Assembly: GCF_009914755.1 (NCBI RefSeq)
Contig: NC_060934.1
DNA from: the human T2T-CHM13v2.0 reference genome, Homo sapiens
DNA length: 64,000 nt
Reading direction: 5' to 3' (one strand)
Translations under genes and position numbers: made by a program
The notes under the pieces: model-generated
The model's input: only the letters and a program-made list of their open reading frames with translations
Told to the model about the DNA's origin: nothing
Database searches by the model: none
Part shown: one piece after another, positions 36,612-52,739 of the stretch
Position numbering within the stretch: the first letter of the stretch is position 1
How the letters are laid out: each line of letters begins with the position of its first letter

Positions 36612-37126
36612 TTGCCTTTGAAGTGGCCTGAGACGGCTATCCTATCCTTGTCTGGTATCTGGGAATGTGAATTTTGGGAAGGTTTGGGAACCTGGATTTC
36701 AGAAGGGTTCCCTCCTCCCTCACTGATCAAATGGCTCACTGTACCTAAACAATATGGTTTCTGCGGAACACCTGCTTTTTTTCTGGGAATCTGGAATCTT
36801 GATTTCTGCACAATAGACAGTGTCTACACGAGCAGCCCCCCAATAAAAAGCCCAGGCACTGAGTCTCTAAGGAGCTTCTGTGACAACATTTTGCATTTGT
36901 TGTCACAGCATGTTGCTGGAGGAATTCAGCACATCCTATGTGGCTCCACTAGGAGAGGATGCTTGGAAGCTGGTACCAGGTTTCCTCTGGACATGGCCCT
37001 GTGACCTCTCCCCTTTGCTGACCTTGCTGTAATAAGTTGTAGCCATACTGTGACTATATGCCAAGTCCTGTCAGTCCTCCTAGCAATTTGTTTAGCCCAG
37101 AAGTGTTCTTGGGAATCCCCAATACA
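36612..37126 (+). mobile_element. MER21-like LTR followed by a PBS-like sequence and an internal fragment (to ~37760)
   Basis: CCCCAATAAAAAGCCCAGGCACTGAGTCTCTAAGGAGCTTC...CCCCAATACA, then GTTGGCATCAGAAG(TGG), a tRNA-Leu PBS-like sequence. Confidence 0.65.
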
Positions 37127-37144
37127 GTTGGCATCAGAAGCAAA

Positions 37145-37449
37145 TTTTTTTTTACTTCTGACTCTGTCACCCAGGCTGGAGTGCAGTGGCACAATCATAG
37201 CTCACTGCAGCCTTGAGCTCCTGGGCACAAGTGATCCTCCTGCCTCAGCTGGGACTACAGGTATGTATCCTCCTGAATAGCTGGGACTACAAGCACGTGC
37301 CACCATCCCGGGCTCTTTTTTTTTTTTTCTGTAAAGATGGGGTCCTGCTATGTTGCCCAGGTTTATCTTGAGCTCCTGGCCTTAAGTGATCCTCCTGCCT
37401 CAGCCTCTCTAAGTGCTGAGATTACAGGTGTGAGTCATTGCACCTGGCC
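37145..37449 (-). mobile_element. Alu (J-like)
   Basis: ATCATAGCTCACTGCAGCCTTGAGCTCCTGGGC. Confidence 0.85.
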
Positions 37450-38931
37450 CAGAAGTGGAATTTGCTAGAACAGTCCTGATTCACTAAGATTTGGCTCCAT
37501 CACTGTTTGGGAAAAGGAAGAATGAAGGGGAATGGTGATAAGCCTTTGATAACTGGGTGTCTATCGAGCCCTCCATGGTTTGAGAGCAGCAGCTGAACTG
37601 CCATCTGCTGTTAGAAGCCACAGTGACCTTTGTTGGGGTTAGAAATGGATCCAACCCTGGCTTCTTTGAGCTGTGCTGGATGAAGTGAGGGGGAAAGTAT
37701 ACATCTGGGGATTGGCTTTGTTTTTTATTCTCTTCTCCAGGTGGGAGGGAAAAAAAACAACAGTGACAAATTATAAAGGTGAGTGTTAGGTGGCCCCAAA
37801 AATGTTAGAAGTTCTCAGGGCTGGAGCAAAGCTGGGGTGGGAGGGTGGGAGGGTGGGAGGGTGGGGAGGGCACCAAGACTCCATCCAGCCTCTTCTTCAG
37901 CCCAGCTGCTGCCCTGTTGCAAGAGCTGCCTCCTTCTTTACCACCCCCTGTACCCTCCCCCATCTGCTTTCCAACCTGAATCTTTCCCACAGCAGTAATG
38001 CTAACCTAACTGCAAATGCTGGATTTACTGCTATGGATTTAGTTTGCAACAGAAAAAAAAATTTAATGGCTTTGTGTTTTGTGGCTATTACATCTAGATG
38101 TATTAATATGATAAAATTGATATAAAATGTTAAATGCTTTCAATTTCATAAATTCTAGAGGGAACACACTTATCAGGAAAAGCTGCAGCGGAAAGTGAAG
38201 GTGATACAACTTCCTTGCTTTTTGCAGCTAGTGGGCAGCTTGGAATTTAAATTCTCAATACTGGAAACAGAACAAGTCCCCAAAATTAACAATTTTTGCT
38301 ACAGTTTTTGTCTATTGGAGCCACTGGAAAAAAGGAGACAATATGAAGAGAGGCAATCTTGAGCTAGAGATACGCTTTGGAATTTACAAGGCAGTTTTTC
38401 ATCTCTAATGAGCTCTTGTAAGATCATATAGCTGACCCTCAGAGGCTGATGATTTTCTGGCCCCATGTGTATAGTTTTGAGTTGCTCAGCTTGGACTCTA
38501 AGGTGAATAATGTAAAAAGAGCCCAACAAAGCCTTGCTTGTCACTTGGCTAAGAACACAGCTGTCTGGCCCTGCAGCATCTCAGTCTCCAGTTACTGGAA
38601 GAACATATATTAGATGTTGGGGAAACTATAAGGCTACAGGATGATGCTGCATGTTGGCAGGGAGAATTGTTCAAGGTAGAAACTGTGGGGAACAAAGAAA
38701 GAGATTCTCATCTGTGTAGCTGCTGCTACATGCTAATTTGGGAGTAAGAAAACTGTTAAGGAATAAAAAAGCCAAGAACTCTGTCTTCACAGGGCTTTCA
38801 GGCTAGAAGGGAAACTGGCCACCATACAAATTGTATACAACTCCATTAGTACTTAAGAGGTCTGATTTATTGCTTTGAAACACAAGTGCAGGAAGTTTAA
38901 GGTTTATCAGCAGCCTTTCCCTTTGCAGAAA

Positions 38932-40188
<1,257 letters not shown>

Positions 40189-40413
40189 AGAGTCAATTAA
40201 ATGGTTCCTTGATAGAGAAACATTTAAGGCAGACATTAGCTTTTATTGCCCCATAACGCTTCAGTAAGTTTCCCTGAATATTTGCATTTACTTGTCAATC
40301 AACTCACAGGGACTGAGGCAGAAGTAAAACCCACAATTACCTTACCCCTGGCCTGTGTGACAAAGTAACAAATCTTTTATCACATATTTGAGAGGCATCT
40401 CAGCTACCAAGAA

Positions 40414-40655
40414 CTTTTTTTTTAACCTTTTATTTTAGGTTCAGGGGGATATGTGCAGGTTTGTTATGTAGGTAAACTCGTATCACAGGGGTTTGTTGTA
40501 CAGATTATTTCATCACCCAGGTACTAGGCCTAGTACCCAATAATTATTTTTTCTGGTCCTCTCCCTCCTCCTACTCCACCCTCATGTAGGCCCAGTGTCT
40601 GCTGTTCCCCTTTGTGTCCATGGGTTCTCATTATTTAGCTCCCACTTATAAGTGA
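40414..40655 (-). mobile_element. L1PA15/16-like 3' fragment
   Basis: TTTTAGGTTCAGGGGGATATGTGCAGGTTTG...CCCACTTATAAGTGAGA. Confidence 0.75.
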
Positions 40656-40857
40656 GACTGGGCGATTGCTGACCTGCATCACTCTTGGGTGGATCTAACA
40701 GGACATAAGTAAAAGACCCTTGGCCACAACCACTACCAAAGTCCCTTTTTCTGCTGCCTCCAAGTTGGGGAGGAAACATAAGCCCTAAGATCACCCCAGA
40801 GCTGTGGTGAGAAGCCCAGGAGAGAAAAAAACCTGAGTAGTTTTAAACTAGAATATC

Positions 40858-41350
40858 CATGTGGCTTTTTAAAGATGTTTGCAATTTTTTTGCTATTCTC
40901 CCTTTGAGATATGGGGGTCTATGCCCACCCTTACCAGACTGGACACTAGTGCTCACTTGTCACTGACACATGACATGAAAGTGATGCTGTGTAACTTCCA
41001 AAGTTATGTTTAAAAAGGCCATGAGCATCTGCCTGGTTCACTCAGGTCACTCACCTATGGTGCCCTTGATCACCAAGTCAAAGCTCTGAATGTCCTGAGA
41101 GTGCTCTGCTACCTGGAATCCCAGGGTAACTGGGAGGTCTCCTATAGGTCCTGAAGCCAAGCCCCATGTCCTCTGCAGACATGTGAGTGAAGTCACCTCC
41201 AGATGATGCCAACCCTTTGCTGTGGATTCAACTCCGGCCAATGAGTCTTCTCTGCAGTCCCCAAACACCAATAAACAGCAATAAGCCATCTTTTCTGTTT
41301 CTTCCTAGCCCTGTGAACCATGAACAAAATAAAATGGTTGTTTCATGCAT
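40858..41350 (+). mobile_element. MLT1-type MaLR LTR
   Basis: GAAAGTGATGCTGTGTAACTTCC...CAGACATGTGAGTGAAG...AATAAAATGGTTGTTT. Confidence 0.55.
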
Positions 41351-43824
41351 TATTTTACGGTGGTGGTTCTTTCTTTTAAAAAAATTCACGGTAAAAGCGC
41401 CAAGAATAACACACTTGTAGGACATTCACAAGGCACAAAATAACATACATTGAAATCTAGGTTTCCTTCTTTCCTTCTTCCACAGCCTATCAGGTTCTGC
41501 CTCTGGAAGTAATAATGGTTAAGTTTCTGCACATCTTTCCAGATTTATTAATTAAACAATCATATAGCACTGACACTGTGAGGAAGCTTTTTAAGGGCTT
41601 TGCTTATATTTATTCACTTACTCTTCACTCACTGCGGACACTCAGGTGGCAGCAGGAAGGAAAGTGTTTTGCTCAACCAAATGAAAGTTTGATCTGCTCT
41701 TTGAATGCTGTTCCTTCAATCAGATAATTCTATTTTCTTCATATATTACCAAGTCTTTTTATTTTCTCCCCTAATTGAGCATTCAGAGATGTGACTCTGT
41801 TTTCTAGTTTTTCTTACGTTTCACCACTAAATCTTAAATTTCATATGAGACAGACAGTGATGAAATTCCTGTCACTGGACATATATATGTATGTTTATGA
41901 TGGTGCCTTACACATACACATTTTTCTATCTAGCGATTAACCATTAAAACTCTATACTCAGAGTGAGGAAACATTACACGTTCCTTCCCAAACCCTGTCA
42001 ACTACCCTGTCAATTAAATAATCCCTGAAAAAATGGCAACATCTATATTAATGCGGTTTTTATATCTCATCAATGACCCATTTGATAAAATAGTTCTAGA
42101 AACTTGTAATGAACCAGCAGTGATGGAAATTTGTACTGAACTATTTCATATCTAAAAGGGTATCTACTTTGTTTTAGACATGACAACTCTCTCATGTTTT
42201 AGAATTTTCCATTGTTGCATGTTTAAAGGGCTTGTCAATTCCCTTCCCTTTCCTAATTCTCATGACCAGATCATAAGAATGTGTGTGATCAGGCTGGTTG
42301 ATGTGCCACAACACATCTTTAATCCTGGAATTTAGGGTTATCAGAAGTCTCCATTTAAAAAAGTATCATATGCTTTCAAACAACCCACTGTTGAACATAT
42401 AGTGCTTCATTTCTCTTAATGTCTCAGTGAATAGCCAGCCTTTTATGCATACATGAATAGAGGATCTCTCAACAAATTCAGAGATTCAGAAATAAGTACA
42501 TAAACTTAGTTGCATAGAGAGAAAAAATAGGTAATATACATAAGTGATAAAAGAAGGTTTTATATAATTACTTTTTCAAACTAAATTTATAATAGTGCTT
42601 TTTAAACTAAATCTGGAACAAATTTTAAATTATTTAATCTAGAAATGTCCAGTGATTCAGGAACAGTAGAAATGGGTGAGGAGAGCATTTCAACTCAAGC
42701 AAGGAACTCCTTTTATTCTCAACACATTAGCTTTTTCCCTCTTCACTCTAAAATGTTCACTATCAAATATAATTGAGAGGTCTTTTTTCCTCATTTAACA
42801 TTTATTTCATACACAGAGAATAATACTGTGGGTCTGAGATTCAGTTTTTGAAATGCAACATATACTCTAAGTGACCCTTTTACCCATGTCAAAATAGCAG
42901 CAGTTGGACCCCATAATGTGGCATGTATTCATTTGAAAATTCTACAGTGACCTATCACTGTGATCATGTGATGAAGCATATCTTGCCTTCCATTCTAACT
43001 GTCACTCTGTGAGCTTCGAGGTTCAAGTTTGACAGCATTTGTCAATTTCGGAATGTCATACAAAGAACGCTCAAATATGGGGAATTTTATGTACTGTTGC
43101 TGAGATATGTTCACTTTCATCTTCCGATCATGGTTTCTTCAAATAGGCCAGTTCACTTGTACTCAAAATCTCTTCCTCATTTTTTTGTTTCCCCCACTCC
43201 AATTCGTCTATGGATTTATGAACATATTTTATAGTATTATTACTGATTTGTACTTTTGATTCTTCCACCAAGCGTTTTGTCTTAAATATTTTCCTATTTT
43301 TAGAAAAATGTACTGTTTCTAAACACTTTTGTACACAATGTTTCATAGGATACAGAAAAAACACAACCACACTGTCTTCATCAGATGAGGAGAATCTTGA
43401 TACCAAATACAGTATGAGACATTCCATGAAAGGGAAATTATAGACCAAAGTCTTCTGAGTATAAAAGTCAAAATCTGAAACCAAATATTAGAGTGGTCTA
43501 AATCTGGAGATTTTTAGGAAAAGAAACTGAAATTTCATGGTGGGAAACATAATTTTGCTTAGCTTAGAGGTTTTGAGGGATTGTTTTAAAGAAAAATTTA
43601 AAAGATAAATAACATTAAATGGATATAAAAGTTATAAAATAAAAATATAAAGTTATAAAAATTAAAATAAAAATATATTCATATATTAATATAAAATTGT
43701 AAAAATATTATAAAAGGTTATAAAAATATTATAAAAGGTTACAAAATTCTTTTGCTGTCAAGATTGACTGGGATTAGATTTGTTTATAAGGTCTTATTAA
43801 AATTAGCCATAATATTAAAAATAC

Positions 43825-44145
<321 letters not shown>

Positions 44146-44207
44146 TTAAAAATACATTAATATCCAACTAAATTTTTTTTAAAAAAATAAGCGTAAGATT
44201 TTTTCCC

Positions 44208-45199
44208 CATCGAACTTAACAAAAAGAGTATGTATTCCCGTGTGCCAGAGTGCCAGATCACCACATACTATTATGTTGGGTTTGCATATTTGATGATGTG
44301 TCGCTACCAGGATGCCATCCGGGTCTTTGCCAACAGCCTCCTCTACATCCAGAGGACCAAGAGCATGTTCCAGAGGACCACATACAAGTATGAGATGATT
44401 AACAAGCAGAATGAGCAGATGCATGCACTGCTGGCCATTGCCCTCACGGTGTACCCCATGAGTATCGATGAGAGCATTCACCTCCAGCTGCAGAAGAAAC
44501 ACAGGGACAAGATGCTGCGCATGCAGAAAGGTGACCCACAAGTCTATGAAGAACTTTTCAGTTACTTCTGCCCCAAGTTCCTGTCGCCTGTAGTGCCCAA
44601 CTATGATAATGTGCACCCCAACTACCACAAAGAGCCCTTCCTGCAGCAGCTGAAGGTGTTTTCTGATGAAGTACAGCAGCAGGCCCAGCTTTCAACCATC
44701 CACAGCTTCCTCAAGCTCTACACCACCATGCCTGTGGCCAAGCTGGCTGGCTTCCTGGACCTCACAGAGCAGGAGTTCAGGATCCAGCTTCTTGTCTTCA
44801 AACACAAGATGAAGAACCTGGTGTGGACCAGCGGCATCTCAATCCTGGATGGTGAATTTCAGTCAGCCTCAGAGGTTGACTTCTACATTGATAAGGACAT
44901 GATCCACATCGCGGACACCAAGGTCTCCAGGCGCTATGGGGATTTCTTCATCCGTCGGATCCAAAAATTGGAGGAGCTTAATCGAACCCTGAAGAAGATG
45001 GGACAGAGACCCTGATGACATTCACACACATTATTTAGGAACCTGTTTTGATATATTACAGGCAGGAAGTGTTTTTGCTACCGTGAAACCTTTACCTAGA
45101 TCAGCCATCAGCCTGTCTACTCAGTTAACAAGTTAAGGACCGACGTGTTTCAAGTGGATATCAGTAAAGGATCTTTGGAGCCAGAAAAAAAAAAAAAAA
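44208..45199 (+). pseudogene. EIF3LP: 5'-truncated processed pseudogene of EIF3L (open 261-codon frame 44230-45015)
   Basis: IELNKKS-MYSRVPECQ...LKKMGQRP* matches the EIF3L C-terminal PCI half; intronless; poly(A) 45185-45199; TSD AAGATTT(T/G)TTC(C/T)C. Confidence 0.93.
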
Positions 45200-45585
45200 G
45201 ATTTGTTCTCAATGAGATTACACACAGTAATAATTTTTAATTCTCAAATCTGTTTCTTTTTAAAACTTCTGAGATTTGTATCTCAGAAGTTCAACCTTTA
45301 CTATATTTTTTTACACATTATTTACAGATCACACATCATTACCCTTTGTTTCTTTTCTCCTTCAAAAGGTAAATCTTTTTACTTGGCTAGAATGGTAACT
45401 TTGTACTTCAACTTTTCCATCAGCTCTTTTAACTTTTCCCTCATATTCTATTTCTGCTGTTATAATACCAAAATATTGATCCCAAAGGTAAAAATAAATT
45501 CTTTCTCAGGGGTAACATGATTTTTTACTCTTAACTTTTTGATATGTCTGAATTGTTGCATGTAATCAGGAAACTTCCCATGCTA

Positions 45586-45662
45586 TTAGGTTGGTGCACA
45601 AGTAATTGTGGTTTTTGCCATTACTTTCAATGGCAAAAACTGCAATTACCGCACCAACCTAA
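45586..45662. mobile_element. MADE1 (Hsmar1 MITE)
   Basis: TA|TTAGGTTGGTGC...GCACCAACCTAA|TA palindrome with TA target duplication. Confidence 0.92.
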
Positions 45663-46420
45663 TACTAGGAGCCATATATCCACCTGCTCAAGGTGCTAGC
45701 TTTCATGTTTACATTCTTCTATAATACAATGTTCACTCATGACCTTGAATACATTGTGCCTGTGTCTAATTAAATTCAAGTATCTTTTTCATCAGGTTTG
45801 ACTTCCAAGTTATTTAAACCGACTTTACTTAGGCACTTCCCATTCTCAAGTATGCCTTAGTCCAGGTTGTTCAGATAGTTGCTCAGATTAAGCCAGTGAG
45901 ATGATTGGGGTCACAGATTTAATTCATTAAGCCACTAAAGCATCAGCCCAGATAGCCATATTTTCAGTTAATTTCAATTAGCTGCTCATGAAGGGTTGGC
46001 CAGTTGAATGGAAGTTGATTCTTGGCACAGCCTTCAAGTGGCAATTGGTTTAAAATGTCCTGAGTTCTGAGCCAGCCTGGGGGCTGATACAGTTTGGATA
46101 TGCGTCCCTGCCCAAATCTTATGGTGGATTGTAATCCTCAATATTGGAGACAACTGGTTGAGAGGTGACTGGGTCATGAGAGTGTATGTCTCATAAATGG
46201 TTTAGCATCATCCCCTTGTTGCTGCTCTTGCAACAGTGAGATTTGGTTGTTTAAAAGTGTGTGACACCTCCTCCTACCTTGCTCCTACTCTGGCCTTGTG
46301 ATGTGCATGCTCCCACTTAGCCTTCTGTTACGATTCTAAGTTTCCTGAGGCCTCCCCAGAAGCCACGCAGATGTCCGTATCATGCTTCCTGTAAAGCTTT
46401 CAGAACGCTGAGCCAATTAA

Positions 46421-46775
<355 letters not shown>

Positions 46776-47217
46776 AGGAATTTCTTTACAGCAATGTGAG
46801 AATGGCCGAATACAGAAAATTAGTACTAAGGAGTGGGGCATTAGTATAAAGGTACCTGAAAATGAGGAAGCACCTTTGGAACTGGGTAATGGGCAGAGGT
46901 TGAAAGAGTCTGGAGAACTTGGAAGAAGACAGGAAGATGAGGGAAAGTTTAGAACTTCTTAGAAATTGGTTAAATGGTTGTGACCAAAATGCTGATAGTG
47001 ATATAGAAAGTGAAGTCCAGGCTGATGAGGTCTCAGATGGAAATGAGGAACTTATTGGAAACTAGAGCAAAGGTCACGCATGTTATGCCTTAGCAAAGAG
47101 CTTGGCTGGATTCCATCCAAGTCCTAGGGATCTATGGAAGTTTAAACTTGAGAGTGATGTCCTAGAGTATCTGGCAAAAAAAAATTTCTAAGCAACAAAG
47201 TGTTCAAGAAGTGGCAT

Positions 47218-47546
47218 GGGCCAAGCATGGTGGCTCATGCCAGTAATCCTAGCACTTTGAGAGGCCAAGGCAGGCAGATAGCTTGAGCCCAAGAGTTCAA
47301 GACCAGCCTGGGAAACATGGCAAAATCCCATCTCTGACTAAAAATATAAAAAAAAATACCTGGCCTAGTGGCATGAGCCCATAGTCCCAGCTACTCAGGA
47401 GGCTGAGATGGGACAATTACCTAAGCCTGGGAAGTCCAGGGTGCAGTGATCCATGTTTATGCCATGGCACTTCAGCCTGGGTGACAGAGTGAGACCTTGT
47501 CTCAAAAACAAAACAAAACAAACAAAACAAAACAAACAAACAAAAA
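47218..47546 (+). mobile_element. Alu (J-like) in the MST internal region, (AAAAC)n tail
   Basis: GCTTGAGCCCAAGAGTTC. Confidence 0.88.
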
Positions 47547-49479
47547 CTGGTGTGACTGCTTCTAACAGCCTATGCTGGGATGTGGAAGCAAAGAAATAAG
47601 TTGGAACTTCTATTTAAAAGGTAACCAGCAAATAAAAGTTTGGAAAATTTGCATCCTGGAGCCTGGCCATGCAGTAGGAAAAAAAAAAAAAAAAACCAAA
47701 AACCCAAAGCCCATCGTCAGAAGAATTCAAGTGGGCTGCTGAGTAACCACCTGCTAGAGAAATTTGATAACTAAAAAGAAGGCAAGTGCTGATAGCCCAG
47801 ACAATAAAAAGCCTTGAAGGCATTTTAGAGATCTCAGAGGCAGCCCATCCAAACACAGGATCAGAGGCCCAGGGAAGAATGGTTTTGGAGGCCAGGCCCA
47901 GGCCTACACTGTCCTGCACATCCTCAGGACACTGCTCCCTGCCTCTTGGCAACTCCAGATCCAGCTGTGGCTTAAAGGGGCCAGGGGTAGCTTGGGCTGC
48001 TGCTCTGACAAGTGTAAGTCATAAGCCTTGGTGGCTTCCACATGGTGTTAAGTCTGCTGGTGCACAGAATGCAAGAGTGAATGAGGCTTGGCACCTCTAC
48101 CTAGATTTCAGAGGATGTGTGGAAAAGCTTGGGTGTCCAGTCAGAAGCTTGCTGCAGGGGTGGAGCCCTCACAGAGAACCTCTACTAGGGTGGTGTAGAG
48201 GAAAACTGTGGGGTTGGAGCCCCCACATAGAGTCTGTACTGGGGCATTTGCTAGTGGAGCCACCATCCTCCAGACCCCAAAATGGAAGATCTACTGGCAG
48301 CTTGCACCCTGCACATGGAAAAACTGCAAGCACTAAACTCCAGCCCATGAGAACAGCTTTGGGGGCTGAAGCTTGCAAAGCCACAGAGGCAGAGCTGCCC
48401 AAGACCTCAGGAGCCCATTGCTTGCACCAATGGCCTGGATGTGGGACATGGAGTCAAAGAAAATTATTATTGAGCTTTAAGATTTAATGATTGCACTGTT
48501 GAGTTTTGAATATGTGTGGAGCCCGTAGCCCCCTTTTTTTGGCCTATTTATCCCTTTTGGAATGGGGTTTGTAACCCAATGCTTGTACTCCCATTGTATT
48601 TTGGAAGTAACTCTAACTTGTTTTTTATTTTACAGGTGGAAGAGATTTACCTTGTCTCAGATGAGACTTTGGACTTCAGACTTTTAAGACAATGCTGGAA
48701 TGGGCTAAGACTTTGGGAGACTGTTGGGAAGGCATAACTGTATTCTGAAATGTGAGAAGGACATGAGATTTGGGAGTGGCAAGGGGTGGAATAATATAGT
48801 TTGGATATGTGTCCCTTCCCAAATCTCATGTTAAATTGTCATCCCCAGCATTGGAGGTGGGGCCTGATGGGAGGTGATTGGCTCATGGGGGTAGTTTTCT
48901 CATGAATGGTTTAGCACCATCCCCTTGGTGCTGTCCTTGCAAAAGTGAGTTCTCATGAGATCTGGTTGCATAAAAGTGTGGGGCATCTTGCTCTCACTCT
49001 CTCTTGCTTCTGCTGCTGCTATATGGGATGCCTATTTCCCCTTCACATTCCACCATGATTGGAAGATTCTGGAAGTCTCCCAAGAAGCAGATGCCACTAT
49101 GCTTCCTCTACATCCTGCAGAATGATGAACCAATTAAACCTCTTTTCTTTATGAATTACCCAGTTTCAAGTATTTCTTTATATCAATGCAAGGATGGACT
49201 AATACGGGGCCAAGCAGACCATGGTCCCTTAGGATGGTCAACTGATTATAAGGTGGCTTATACTGCAAGGTGAGGTCAGGGATTAAAACCTAGAGGTTGA
49301 AAGATTCTTTTTTTATTACTGTTTCAGCTCTTCTTTTGACTTAGCCACCTCTTCCAGGGCATCAGATTCCTGAAGCAACTTTGGGGTAGGAGCAGTTGAG
49401 AAAGCAAGTGAAAATAGCCCTTTGTTCAGGGTTCAGGGAATTATTTCAAGGTCTTGGGTCTTCAGAGACCTCAGTCCCC

Positions 49480-50000
49480 AGAAAACCAATTACCTTCTTG
49501 TGCCAGATCCATCACTCATCAGTGCTGTGACTCTGGGCAGACCACTTCAAATCTCTCCATTTCACTTCCCTGAGCTGTCAAATATGGGTTGTAGCCCCTG
49601 CTCTGCGCATTCCTCCAGGCTGATGTAAGCATCACAAGAAATAACAGATATTCTCCATGAGCTGTAAAGCATCATACCTATGGAAAAAAAGAAGAAAATC
49701 CCATCCTCCACTCCCCTGGAGCCACCCACGTTTCTTCTCTGTATTCAACAACTACCAAGGTTCTGGCATATTCTTCTAGACATATAATGATTGAACACTT
49801 TAGGTCACTTATGAATTGCCAGTCTTCTAAAGGCTTTACCTCCATTTCACCATTTTTAGCCTTATAACATACGCCATATTAACATTTCAATACCTCAGAA
49901 CAGGGAACTGAGGCACAGAGAGGTCTCTATAACTTTGTCAGGTTTGTGCATCTTCTAAGTAGGACTTGAACCCCCATCTTTATGCACCAGGCCCAGTGTT
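49480..50000. mobile_element. MIR fragments
   Basis: GCTGTGACTCTGGGCAG..CACTT.. and GGAACTGAGGCACAGAGAGGT core motifs. Confidence 0.55.
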
Positions 50001-51029
50001 CTTGGTCACTCCAATATTTCTATATTGTCTCATCTCAATACAGGTATTTGCCTACATAGTCAGTCTGTTGGTTATGAGTGCAACTCACACTGCAGGTTCT
50101 TGTTAAAATCCAACTGAGATTCAGGGGGTTTCGCTATGCAGATGGTGAACAATGGGTCAAACATTTAAACTGTCAATAAATGATTACTCATTTCTCTATG
50201 GTCTTTGGCAGGAAGATGTCAAAAACTGTCTTTTTCATAGTACATTTCCCAGCATCTTGCCTCCAGGGTATGACAGTAGATCTTCAGGGATCAAGGGAAT
50301 CTACTGTCCACACCAAGCTGAGGAAGAGAATACTCTGCCACTGGCCTCATAACTAGGCGCACCCCGGAAAGCAGTCAACTGAAAGTACTGTGGAAATTAA
50401 ATTGTTAAGTTCATTCAAGGATAACAATTCTAGATTATTCAGCGTCCCATATTTCAGACAACTCTAAAATTGCTATGCCATATTATTTCATGTGTGCAAA
50501 TTTAAGTTTATTAAGTCAATCACTAGTGCTACAACTACAGAAGATACATTTACAACTTCAAAATTGTTTCAGTTTTAATAGCATAGAATATCTCAATGTA
50601 GTATTTAGATATTTAGCTGCTTGTTAAACATTAACTAAAATGAAACACTTCCTGAACAATGCTGCCATATTTTTTAAATTAATGGACATTATATGAAACT
50701 GTTTTGAATTAACATAAAAACTGATGAAGTAGTACAGAAAGTTCTCATACACCCTTCCCCCACCTCAGCATCCTTTTTGTAATCACATCTTACATGAGTG
50801 TGGTAAATGTTACAATGACTGAAATAATATTGATACATTCTTATTAATGAAAGTCTAGAGTTTGGCACAGAGGTAGAGATGGACAATCTTGATGTCCAGT
50901 TTTTTCATAGCTGTATGTATCCAGTAATTAATTTCCCATTTGGTAGGAGGGCAACAGTTTTATCAATATTTGTATCGTATGTTAGTGTAGGCGACATTAC
51001 TTCTCCATTAGATGCTGGCTTCATTTCTT

Positions 51030-51637
51030 GTTGTACTTGAAATTAGACTTCTCACAGACCAGCAAGGGGCCTGCAACCATTCACATACTACTGAGGGTTG
51101 CCATGGTTATGTTGGCCCTACAGGAGCTTGACAAACCGTAGGTGGTCTTCTTATCGGGAGAAAGTTACTGAAATCAGTCTCTTGTCCAATCAAAGCTGCA
51201 GTTATGGTTTGTGGAACAGGGGTTGGAGGTTAGTCAGTATCTGGTGTTGAGCTACAATTATTTTAATATTGCTTGAGGGTCAGTGCTTATTTAGCTGCTA
51301 GAGAAAAATTAACTTGTGGCAGTTAGAACACAGTTTATTCTTTAAGTTTAGGGTGCGTGACTTAACCCTTACCTGTTGTGGCCTTCAGTCCTGTTTATAA
51401 TTCGGTATCTCATTGCCACAAATAGTCCATTATGTCAGTCTTATGATCGCTAATTTCACAGTAATGCTGGGCAGTTGTGTCTAAACCATAAACATGAGGG
51501 AGTATAATGAGATGTGTCTGAACCTCCTCCCATCTCATCATGGCCAGAAACTCAGTTTTAAGGTATTTCTGGGGTCTCTTTGACCAAGGGAGGGCCTGTT
51601 CAGTCAGTGGCGGGTTAGAATTTTATTTTTAGTTTAC
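51030..51637 (-). mobile_element. MER4-group LTR
   Basis: Reverse complement starts TGTAAACTAAAAATAAAATTCTAACCC, homologous to the LTR at 38932. Confidence 0.7.
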
Positions 51638-52739
51638 AACTCCCACAAAGGCAAAGGCTGCTGCTAAGCATCTGCACTTGTGTTTCAAAGCAACGCACTT
51701 TTTTTTTTTTTTTTTTTGAGACAGAGTCAAAAGACGGGGCACACAGAAAAGTCATGCAACATGGTGGTCCTACCACCACCTACAGCCTCTCCTCCTCATT
51801 AAAGTGGCCTATGGAGGGCTTAGCCCAGCAGGCTTAGAGCTTCTACAGAATGGGTATCTGCTCCCTGGGAGGATGTTCTCGGGACATCCTTCAATTGCCT
51901 GCAGGGATTTTGGGGGTTGTTTTCAAAGCACAAGTGTGGTCCCGGCTAAGAGCAGCCTATCAGCACTCTCCTCGGATGTGTTGGTTTCCTTGATGGGCCA
52001 AAAGAAAGTGAGAAGCCGCTGAAAACACATACACTTATTTGCCTTCCCTTTTTTATGTTACCCACTCCACCATCACATTTCCTCTTCCTCTTTTTCTCCA
52101 TCCTTCATATCTTCCATATCTTCTCTGAGATGGAGGACAAGAAGTCAGCAAGTTTGTGTCTCGGTGAGTTATTTCAAGGTACATACCACTCTCTCCTGAG
52201 GCTGATGACATCTGCAATCATATTTTAAAAGCACTGTGAGGATTATATTATGCTGTGCACTTCACACAGGTCTGTTTTTTCTCTTGACTTTAGGAACCTA
52301 GAAGGGGTACAGTGGTTACGTCAAAAATCAAAGTTCCCCAAAACTAGCACAGAGGATACCTGTGGAAAAGATAACACCTTTTCCTGCCACATTTATCTTT
52401 CAAATTGATTTAGATTAGCAGTGGCACAGTCCTTAATTCAAAAGGGAAAAGTGGTGCTGAGGGAGATGCCTCTACATTACAGTTTATCATGGAAACTGTC
52501 AGTTGGTAAGAGATGCCCACCTAATACCACCTCAACCAAGGGTATTACATGTCTCCCATAATGTACATTTTCAGATTTTTATCTCTAAATTTCACTGGTA
52601 AAGAAATAAACCAGGAAAGCAAAATTTCTGTATAAGAAAGAAGCGTGGTCTTACATTGACAAGGTCTTCTTTATTTGGAGATGACTTGTCCAAAAGTTTC
52701 TCCAAAAGCTAGGACGACACAGAGTGACTATCAGTGCCC

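Noticed and set aside
44179-44628. 149-aa minus-strand ORF
   Set aside because: Antisense shadow of the EIF3L retrocopy.
47786-48487. 233-aa ORF
   Set aside because: Lies wholly in the MST internal region; a MaLR remnant, not a host gene.
51850-52020. Faint PLD5-like peptide words on the minus strand (AGTTLVL, QLKDV)
   Set aside because: Too short, in different frames, and compatible with chance.
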